Assembly (NCBI GenBank): GCA_963749155.1
Contig: CAVVLO010000002.1
Span: 960,001 to 1,024,000, forward strand
Length of the DNA: 64,000 nucleotides
Reading direction: 5' to 3'
From: an uncultured Armatimonadia bacterium
GTDB lineage: Bacteria > Armatimonadota > Zipacnadia > CAVVLO01
Part shown: positions 49,000-57,190 of the stretch, piece by piece
Layout: every line of letters begins with the position of its first letter
Position numbering within the stretch: the first letter of the stretch is position 1
Position numbers and translations under genes: made by a program
Notes under the pieces: generated by a model
The model's input: only the letters and a program-made list of their open reading frames with translations
The model's database searches: none
Told to the model about the DNA's origin: nothing

Positions 49000-50734
49000 A
49001 TGAAGACACTAGCCTTGGCAGTGACCCTTCTGTTGATGGTCGCTTTGCTCGTGCCAGCCGTCGCCAAGGATATGCCGGACGTGCCCTTCGGTCACTGGGC
49101 CTACGACGCGGTGGACGAACTCACCGATCTGGGCGTAGTCGAAGGTTATCCGGATGGCACTTTCAAAGGCGACCGGACCTGGACGCGCTATGAATTCGCG
49201 GTAATGCTCACGCGGATGATCGACTTCCTGGAGGACTACCTCGATTCGAAGGTAGCCGGGATGGATATGGGCATCACCGAGTCGGCGGCTCGCGCCATCG
49301 CTCGGGAAGAGGCCCAGAAAGCTGCCGCGGGCGTGCAACTGCCTGACGTCGCGGCTTTCATGAACCAGGTTAACAGCACAGCCACCTCGGCAGGTGCAGC
49401 AGCGGCTCGCGAAGCGCTTGCGGGCTACAAGCCGGGCATCTCGAAGGCCGAGGCGCAGGCAATGATCGACGCCGCGGTCAAGAACTTCGTGGACAAGGGC
49501 GCCCTCGATGCGATGGCGCAGGAGTTCCGCGGCGAGCTTGCGATGCTGGGCGCCGACGTGGACGACCTGATGTACAGGGTCGATGCGCTGGAGACCAAGT
49601 TCGCGGCCCTGGAAGCGCGGGTAACCGCCCTCGAGAACAAGCCCGACAAAGTCACTGGCGTAATCGAGTGGAAAGCTGGCTCTGTCGAGCCACTTGGCTT
49701 TGGGATGTATGGGCCATATGCTCGTAGCTGGGAACGTTTCAGCAACCTCTCGGTTAAGATCAACATCGATGGCAAGATCTCCGACAAGGCCCAGGGCCAT
49801 ATCGGTATCTGGCGTCCGGATGCCACCTATGACTGGGACAACCGCGGCACCCATATCGATACCGCTTACGTAGATGTCCAGGACGGCCTGTTCAAGGGCG
49901 TAGACTGGCGTTTTGGCAAGCAGTATTTCAAGACAGGCTATGGCCTGGTTTTTGATAATGACATACAGCCTTCCGAAGCTGTCAAACTCAACTTCCAACT
50001 GGGCGCACTTGATCTGACCGGTTTCTTCGGTTGGACCGATTGCCCCTATGGCTTTGGCGATGAAGATCCAACTTATGTTGGTGAAGCCAAATACAACATC
50101 GGCAGGCTTACACTGGATGGCACGTATGTCTTCCGGTCTGAAGTTGGCGCCAAGCGTTGGGGCATTGCAGCTGGGTACAAGGGGCTCGATGTGCCGTTCT
50201 TCGGCGCTAAAGCTGACCTCAAAGGCGAGTTCGGCGAGGTAATCAACGGCAACGGCGGAGGAGGAGTACCGTCCTCCATCGACAACGCCTATTTTGCGCG
50301 CGCTGACTTTATGGGCAACGGTTATGAGCCAGGCGACTTCAAACTCGGAGTAAGCTGGTCCGAGCAGCAGCGGGCATACCGTCCGTGGCTATGGAGCGGT
50401 TCGACTTATGACCATTATGTCCATTATGGCAGCTCGGCGATCGGCTCAGCCTGGGACTTCCTGCCTAGGCGAGAATTTCCAGGTTGGCGGACTGCTCTCG
50501 GGTACCCGCTGGACTGGCGAGATCGAGAAGGATCTTGGCAACCTAGGCCTGTTCCTTCGTTACGCGCAAATGAAAACTTGGGGTGCTCCTGAATATAGCA
50601 AGCTTTATCAGCTTGCTCTGGACAAGGAACTAGCCGATGGGGTCAACGCCAAGCTGACCTACGCGCGGATTGACTATGGTATGTTGGACACCGAGACCGA
50701 CTACTTCGGCGGCTCCATCAACGTAGACTTCTAA
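49000..50734 (+). CDS. SLH-domain outer-membrane beta-barrel protein (OmpM-like), copy B2; +1 frameshift at ~50464
   Basis: ORF 49000..50592 joins ORF 50408..50734 after AWDFL; ends GGSINVDF. Confidence 0.85.
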
Positions 50735-50757
50735 CCGGTTAGTTCAAGCGACACAAA

Positions 50758-50790
50758 AGAGCCCGGGGCTTCGGCCCCGGGCTTCTGTTT
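50758..50790 (+). terminator. Rho-independent terminator of porin operon 2
   Basis: AGCCCGGGGC-TTCG-GCCCCGGGCT followed by TCTGTTT. Confidence 0.8.
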
Positions 50791-50805
50791 GGGAGGATAC
50801 TACTG

Positions 50806-50834
50806 TTGGCAGAACGTGATTTTCCAGATACAAT
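50806..50834 (+). promoter_or_regulatory. Sigma70-type promoter of porin operon 3
   Basis: TTGGCA-17 nt-TACAAT. Confidence 0.7.
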
Positions 50835-50857
50835 AACAACAGGTTGGAAAGCAGAGG

Positions 50858-50973
50858 GGCGCTGGTAATCTGGCCAAAAAGGAGGTGTCCCCCAAGGCCA
50901 CGCCGAGGCGTCACTCAAGTCAGCTCAAAGAGAATCTGAAGGAGAACTCGAGAGGCAACTAGGATACTCCCGA
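50858..50973 (+). ncRNA. Putative structured 5' leader RNA, copy 3
   Basis: GGCGC/GCGTC closing stem around the same core, then the hairpin TCGAGAG-GCAACTAGGATA-CTCCCGA. Confidence 0.55.
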
Positions 50974-51051
50974 TCTTCCTCCTTCTTTTCTCCTTGTGAT
51001 GATGCTTGGGTATGCCAACCCGAATGTATACACCAACAAGGGGAAATCAAA

Positions 51052-52785
51052 GTGAAAAAACTCGCAATCGCAGTAGTAGCGCTAGCGCTGCTCGCGCTCG
51101 TACTTGCCCCCGCGATGGCCAAGGATATGCCCGATGTTCCGTTCACCCACTGGGCCTATGACGCAGTGGACGAACTCACCGACATCGGCATTCTGCAGGG
51201 CTATCCGGACGGCACCTACAAAGGCCAGAGGACTCTTACCCGCTATGAGTTCGCCGAGGCCACAGTCAAGCTCGTGCATTACCTCGAGAACTACGTAGAC
51301 GAAAAGACCGCCGCCCTGGAGGCTGGCGTTGACGCCGCCGAGGCGCGCGCTATCGCCAAGGACGAGGCCGCCAAAGCCGTCGCAGCCATCAAGCTGCCGA
51401 CCTTCGACATGACGATGGATCAGGTTCGGGCCGCCGCTGCCGCCGCTGGCGCGCAGGCTGCCAAAGACGCCCTGGCCGGCATGAGCCCTGGCGTTACCAA
51501 AGCCGAGGTTCAGGCCATGATCGATGGCGCAGTGCGCAACCTCGTGACCAAAGACTACGTTGACAACCTGGCCGCGGAGTTCCGCGCCGATATCCAGGAG
51601 CTTGGCGTAGATGTCGACGATCTGATGTATCGCGTCGACCAGCTCGAAGCCAAGCTTGTTGCCCTCGATGGCCGCGTATACGCCCTCGAGAACAAGCCTG
51701 ACAAGGTCACTGGCAACCTCAAGTGGCGCGTCGGCACCGCCGAAGCCGTCAATGGCATGTATGTCGGCAACTGGGAGCGTTTCAGCAACCTGGAAGTGCG
51801 CGTCAACATCGACGGCAAGATCTCCGACAAGGCCCAGGGCCATATCGGTATCTGGCGTCCGGATGCCACCTATGACTGGGACAACCGCGGCACCCACATC
51901 GACACCGCTTACGTAGATGTCCAGGACGGCCTGTTCAAGGGCGTAGACTGGCGCTTCGGCAAGCAGTACTACAAGACCGGCTGCGGCCTGACCTTCGACA
52001 ACAATACCATCCCCGCAGAGGCCATCAAAGCCAACTTCACGCTGGCTGGTATCGACTTCACCGCTCTGCTGGGCTTCATCGACTCCTCGGCCCCAAGTTG
52101 GTTCAACTCGGGCGACGAGGAAGAGATCCAGGTCTACTCGGCTGCTTACGACTTTGGCCGACTTGGCCTGGTGGGCACGCTACTGCAGCGGGCCGACTTC
52201 TATGGCGACTATGAAGCCGAGCGCTGGGGCATCGCCGCGATGTACGATGGGCTGGATATCCCGTTCTTCGGGCTCCAGGCTGATGTCGCTGGCGAGTATA
52301 CGCAGCTCAAGGACTGGGTCGCGGACAACGCCTGGTACCTCGAAGCCAAGATCGCCGGGGCTGGCTATGAGCCTGGCGACCTGATGCTGAAGGCGACCTT
52401 CTCCGACAACGAGGACATCTGGTACTGGCTGCGCAGTGGCGTCAACTACAACGGCATGGTTATGTACAACGGCCTTGCCTGGGACTGGCTCCTGGACGAC
52501 AACAGCGTAATCGGCACCTACGGCGGCAAGACCTGGAGCGCCGCTCTCTCCAAGGACCTCGGTGGCATGGATGCGTTGCTGCGCTGGGTACGTTTCGACG
52601 ATGGTCAGCCTTTGGATGATAACGGCTATTTCCGGGCCTGGTATAGTGCCGACCTGTGGCAACTCAGCCTGACCAAGGAGATCGCCAAGGGCGTAGACGC
52701 CAAGCTGACTTATGCTCTGCTCGATGACGATTACCTGGATGACAGGTTCGACTACTTCGCTGGCTCCATCGACGTGAGCTTCTAA
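51052..52785 (+). CDS. SLH-domain outer-membrane beta-barrel protein (OmpM-like), copy A3
   Basis: 577 aa intact ORF: signal peptide, SLH, coiled coil, terminal Phe. Confidence 0.9.
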   Translation: MKKLAIAVVALALLALVLAPAMAKDMPDVPFTHWAYDAVDELTDIGILQGYPDGTYKGQRTLTRYEFAEATVKLVHYLENYVDEKTAALEAGVDAAEARAIAKDEAAKAVAAIKLPTFDMTMDQVRAAAAAAGAQAAKDALAGMSPGVTKAEVQAMIDGAVRNLVTKDYVDNLAAEFRADIQELGVDVDDLMYRVDQLEAKLVALDGRVYALENKPDKVTGNLKWRVGTAEAVNGMYVGNWERFSNLEVRVNIDGKISDKAQGHIGIWRPDATYDWDNRGTHIDTAYVDVQDGLFKGVDWRFGKQYYKTGCGLTFDNNTIPAEAIKANFTLAGIDFTALLGFIDSSAPSWFNSGDEEEIQVYSAAYDFGRLGLVGTLLQRADFYGDYEAERWGIAAMYDGLDIPFFGLQADVAGEYTQLKDWVADNAWYLEAKIAGAGYEPGDLMLKATFSDNEDIWYWLRSGVNYNGMVMYNGLAWDWLLDDNSVIGTYGGKTWSAALSKDLGGMDALLRWVRFDDGQPLDDNGYFRAWYSADLWQLSLTKEIAKGVDAKLTYALLDDDYLDDRFDYFAGSIDVSF

Positions 52786-52846
52786 CTGGCAAAAGCAACT
52801 GGGGGCGGGGTTCGCCTCGCCCCCACTCCCTAAGGGGGATATACTA

Positions 52847-54578
52847 ATGAAGACACTAGCACTGGCAGTGACCATGTTGTTGATGGTTGCTTTGCTCGTG
52901 CCAGCCGTCGCCAAGGATATGCCAGACGTGCCCTTCGGTCACTGGGCCTACGACGCGGTGGACGAACTCACCGATCTGGGCGTAGTCGAAGGTTATCCGG
53001 ATGGCACTTTCAAAGGCGACCGGACCTGGACGCGCTATGAATTCGCGGTAATGCTCACGCGGATGATCGACTTCCTGGAGGACTACCTCGATTCGAAGGT
53101 AGCCGGGATGGATATGGGCATCACCGAGTCGGCGGCTCGCGCCATCGCTCGGGAAGAGGCCCAGAAAGCTGCCGCGGGCGTGCAACTGCCTGACGTCGCG
53201 GCTTTCATGAACCAGGTTAACAGCACCGCCACCTCGGCTGGAGCAGCAGCGGCTCGCGAAGCGCTTGCGGGCTACAAGCCAGGCATCTCGAAGGCCGAGG
53301 CGCAGGCAATGATCGACGCCGCGGTCAAGAACTTCGTGGACAAGGGCGCCCTCGATGCGATGGCGCAGGAGTTCCGCGGCGAGCTTGCGATGCTGGGCGC
53401 CGACGTGGACGACCTGATGTACAGGGTCGACGCGCTGGAGACCAAGTTCGCGGCCCTCGAAGCGCGGGTAACCGCCCTCGAGAACAAGCCCGACAAAGTC
53501 ACTGGCGTAATCGAGTGGAAAGCTGGTACCGCCAATGATGGCAGCAGCTGGAATCGCTTCAGCAACCTTGACTTGAAGGTAAACATCGATGGCAAAATAA
53601 GTGACAAGGCCCAGGGCCATGTCACCCTGTGGCGTCCGGATGCCACCTACGACTGGGACGAGCGCGGCACTCACATCGACACCGCTTACGTAGACGTCCA
53701 GGATGGCCTGTTCAAGGGCTTCGACTGGCGTTTGGGCAAGCAGTATTACAAGACCGGCTGCGGTCTGACCTTCGATAACGATGTCATGCCCGCCGAAGCT
53801 GTCAAGCTCAACTTCGACCTGCTTGGCGCCGATGCGACCGTGTTCTGGGGTACCAGCGATTACGCCGATAGCTGGTTTGGCTATGACGATGAGATGGTCA
53901 CCCTGCTTTACAACCTCAAGAAGCAGTTCGGCCATCTGACCCTGGATGGCACTTTCGTCGATCGCAACCTGTGGGAAGATGAGCAGCGTTGGGGCATCGC
54001 CGCAATGTATGAGGGGCTGGACGTGCCGTTCTTCGGCCTGAAGGCTGACCTCGAGGGCGAGTATACCCAATATGACAAGCCCTGGACTTCCTACAACTCC
54101 TACTACACTGGAGCCACGTTGAAGGGCAAGAACTATGAGCCGGGCGACTTGAAGCTCAAGCTGACCTTCGCAGACAATCCCTACTATGACGAGTACTGGC
54201 CTTACCAGAACGGCTTCATCACCTATGATGGATTTGTCTGGTACAGCAACCTGGCCTGGGACTTCCTTCTTGTCGGATGCCCCGAACCTGGGCGTGCCCT
54301 ACGGGAAGACCTGGAGCGCTACTCTGACCAAGGATCTGGGCTGCGTGGACGCGCTGCTGCGCTGGCGCAAATATGTACCCGACAATGCGGCCGGGTACAT
54401 CTACCTGGATTCCTGGGGCTACTCTTACCTTTACAACCAGGGCGACCTGTGGCAGCTCAGCCTCACCAAGGAGCTTGCAGAGGGCGTAGACGCCAAGCTG
54501 ACTTATGCTCAGCTCAATGACAACTATTACGATGAGACCTACAAGTACTTTGGTGGCAGCATCAACGTAGGCTTCTAA
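52847..54578 (+). CDS. SLH-domain outer-membrane beta-barrel protein (OmpM-like), copy B3; +1 frameshift at ~54271
   Basis: ORF 52847..54520 joins ORF 54186..54578 after AWDFLL; ends GGSINVGF. Confidence 0.85.
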
Positions 54579-54601
54579 TCAACCAACTGAACCAAACGAC
54601 C

Positions 54602-54632
54602 AAACCCGGGGCTACGGCCCCGGGTTTTTTTT
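54602..54632 (+). terminator. Rho-independent terminator of porin operon 3
   Basis: AAACCCGGGGC-TACG-GCCCCGGGTTT followed by a T tract. Confidence 0.85.
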
Positions 54633-54649
54633 GCGTTAAGAAGAAGAGT

Positions 54650-55228
54650 TCAGTCTAAGTGAGTCAGCCCGTGGAAATATGTTGTCAGAGTATGTTTCAA
54701 CTCTTCATCATAATCACGTGGGGTATCGGCATCTACTAGCGCCTGGGTATATATGCCACTGATGATGCCAAGCACAGCCAGAGTATCCAGATAAGGCCGC
54801 CTGGAAGCAGTCAGATGCTGCTTCATAAGTGCGACCAAGGAAGCCAGAAGCTCTACCACAACAGGGGGCACAGGTTCGGCGACTGGCGCAAGCTCGCGGA
54901 AGAGCAAGGTAAAGAAAGTGGGACGTTTGCCTATCTGCCGACCCAGTTCCAGGGCGAAAGCCAGCCCGCCATCATCACTGGAAGCTTCCTCAGAAAAGGC
55001 CTCCAGCTCCGCCTGAACCTTGCCAAACTTGCGCCTCAGGCACAGTTCGTAAAGCTGTTCCTTGTTGCCAACATAGTAGTAGAGCATCGCCTTGTTGACG
55101 CCAGCGGTTTCGGCGATCTCCTCCAGGGTGGCCGCGTGGAAGCCTTCGCGAGCGAATACCTGTAGCGCCGCCTTGATTACGGTGTCAACGCGGGCTTCTC
55201 TCTGTTCAATTCGACACTGCTTCATCAA
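54650..55228 (-). CDS. TetR/AcrR family transcriptional regulator
   Basis: AALQVFAREGFHAATLEEIAETAGVNKAMLYYY helix-turn-helix. Confidence 0.92.
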   Translation of the reverse strand: MMKQCRIEQREARVDTVIKAALQVFAREGFHAATLEEIAETAGVNKAMLYYYVGNKEQLYELCLRRKFGKVQAELEAFSEEASSDDGGLAFALELGRQIGKRPTFFTLLFRELAPVAEPVPPVVVELLASLVALMKQHLTASRRPYLDTLAVLGIISGIYTQALVDADTPRDYDEELKHTLTTYFHGLTHLD

Positions 55229-57099
55229 AGGCCAGCTCCTGCAGTCGTAGAAGCTTCGTCCTTGAGAGCGCGCGAGGCAAGCTCTTCAACGTCGATATTG
55301 AGGCTCTGGAGTTTCCACATCCGCGCGAAGACACCCCCCAGGGCAACTAGCTCTCCGGGAGTGCCGGCCTCGACTACCTTCCCTTTGTCCAGCACTACTA
55401 TCTGATCGGCATCGGCGATTGTAGAAAGCCGATGGGCGATTATGACGCTGGTGCGGCCCGTCATAAGGCGCTTCAAGGCATCGTGGACTTCCTTCTCGGC
55501 CTCAGTGTGCAGACTGGCAGTTGCTTCGTCCATCACAAGCAGCTCGGGATTACGCAAGATAGCCCGGGCAATAGCGATTCGCTGGCGCTGGCCACCTGAC
55601 AAACGCACGCCGCGCTCTCCGACGATGGTGTCCATCCCCTCGGGCAGTTCGGTGATAAAGCCAAGCGCCGCTGCGTCTTTACAGGCCTGAACAAGCTCTT
55701 CCTCCGTCGCCTCAGGTTGGGCCAGTAACAGATTTTCGCGGATGCTCATCCCAAAAAGGAAGCTCTCCTGCGGGATGTAAGTCACCCGGTCGCGGACCGA
55801 TTCGAGATCGAGTTCCGTAAACTTGCGGCCGGAGATGGCCAAATCACCCTTCTGCGGATCATAGAATCGGCACAGCAGCTTGGCGATAGTGCTCTTGCCC
55901 GCCCCTGAGGCGCCTACCAGCGCCGTTGTCTTGCCTGTCGGCAGGGCGAAGGAGGCATCCTCCAACACCCACTGCTCGTCTTCGTAGGCGAACCAGACAT
56001 GCCGCAGCTCGACATCGGCAGCCACCGTGGACAGCGAATGTTCGCCGGTGGGCTCGCGCATCTCGGGGGTAGCATCAATTATCTCGAATATCCGGTCTAC
56101 GCCCGCCAGTGTCTGCCGGTATTGGGTATAAAGGCGCGTCATCCAGCCGATTGGGCCGACTATCATCTGGACGTACATCGTGAAGGCAATTACCGAGCCT
56201 GCGGAGATATAGCCCTTGATGGCGCGGTAACCGCCAATACCGAGTACCAGCAGGTTGGGCAGCCCCATAACGAACTGCATAAGGCCGCCGAACAGCGCGC
56301 CCACCTTCACAGTCTCCATCGTGCGGTCGACAACCTCGCGGTTGTCCTTGTCGAAGCGGTCCTGCGCATACGCGGCAAGGTTGTAGCTCTTCACGACAGC
56401 CATACCCGAGAGCGTTTCCTGGACGAAGCTGGTGAGCACGGAGAGCTGCTCCTGCACCATCCGGCTGACCTCCTGCAGTCTGGGACCGAAGATGCGACCC
56501 AACCCAAGCACGGGCGGTATGACGAAGAGCAGCACGACGGTCATCGTGGGATCTTTATAAAGGATGTATCCCAGCGCGTAGAGCAGTCGTATGGGTTGCT
56601 GAATCAGTCCCATCAGCTGCCCACCAAGCAGGCCCTGCACCAGGCCTGTGTCGTTAGCCAGTCGCGAGAGCATATCGCCCGACATCGTCTTCTCATAATA
56701 ACGCATCGACAGGCCCAGACCGTGGTCATAAAGCTCCTTACGCAGATCGGCGGTTGCATGCTGGCCGAGGTAGCCGAGGAGTATGCCCTGGAAATAGCCG
56801 TTGATGGCACCTGCTATCGCAAGCACGAAAAGGCCAGCGACGACGCTCATCAGATGATGGACGTCTCCTTGCTTGCCCATCCCATCGAGGATACGGCCGA
56901 CGACGTCAGGCATGGCCAACTCGGCGGCAAGGCCCATCAACATAAAGGCGGCACCGGTGGCCGCATAAGCCCAGTAGGGTTTGACGTAACGCATCAACCG
57001 CTTGATGGGCTGCTTGGTGACGAACTTGTGCTCTTCGACGGGTCCACCGAGTCCGCGTCGGGCGTAGAAGCGAGCACCATGCGAGTGCATCATGTGCAT
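55225..57099 (-). CDS. ABC exporter, fused permease/ATP-binding protein
   Basis: Six-TM domain plus GASGAGKST, LSGGQRQR and DEATASL motifs. Confidence 0.92.
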   Translation of the reverse strand: MHMMHSHGARFYARRGLGGPVEEHKFVTKQPIKRLMRYVKPYWAYAATGAAFMLMGLAAELAMPDVVGRILDGMGKQGDVHHLMSVVAGLFVLAIAGAINGYFQGILLGYLGQHATADLRKELYDHGLGLSMRYYEKTMSGDMLSRLANDTGLVQGLLGGQLMGLIQQPIRLLYALGYILYKDPTMTVVLLFVIPPVLGLGRIFGPRLQEVSRMVQEQLSVLTSFVQETLSGMAVVKSYNLAAYAQDRFDKDNREVVDRTMETVKVGALFGGLMQFVMGLPNLLVLGIGGYRAIKGYISAGSVIAFTMYVQMIVGPIGWMTRLYTQYRQTLAGVDRIFEIIDATPEMREPTGEHSLSTVAADVELRHVWFAYEDEQWVLEDASFALPTGKTTALVGASGAGKSTIAKLLCRFYDPQKGDLAISGRKFTELDLESVRDRVTYIPQESFLFGMSIRENLLLAQPEATEEELVQACKDAAALGFITELPEGMDTIVGERGVRLSGGQRQRIAIARAILRNPELLVMDEATASLHTEAEKEVHDALKRLMTGRTSVIIAHRLSTIADADQIVVLDKGKVVEAGTPGELVALGGVFARMWKLQSLNIDVEELASRALKDEASTTAGAGL

Positions 57100-57128
57100 A
57101 CTTGGGTTCTCCCGAAACTAGTACTGCA

Positions 57129-57181
57129 TAAAGTTAACTAACCAGTCGGTTAACTTTACGCCGGGGTCCGGAAGCTGTCAA
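57129..57181 (-). promoter_or_regulatory. Promoter with overlapping palindromic operator (probable TetR site)
   Basis: Minus strand TTGACA (57181-57176), 17 nt spacer, TAAAGT (57158-57153). Inverted repeat TAAAGTTAAC-10 nt-GTTAACTTTA at 57129-57158. Confidence 0.75.
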
Positions 57182-57190
57182 GTCAGGAGT

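Noticed and set aside
43256..54578. Diversity-generating retroelement or invertase-driven shufflon as the cause of porin variation
   Set aside because: No reverse transcriptase or recombinase in the window, all copies are in direct orientation, and differences are not adenine-specific.
43256..54578. Annotation as true S-layer proteins
   Set aside because: A single SLH, coiled-coil stalk and beta-rich domain ending in Phe, in an LPS-producing organism, fit OmpM-type porins better.
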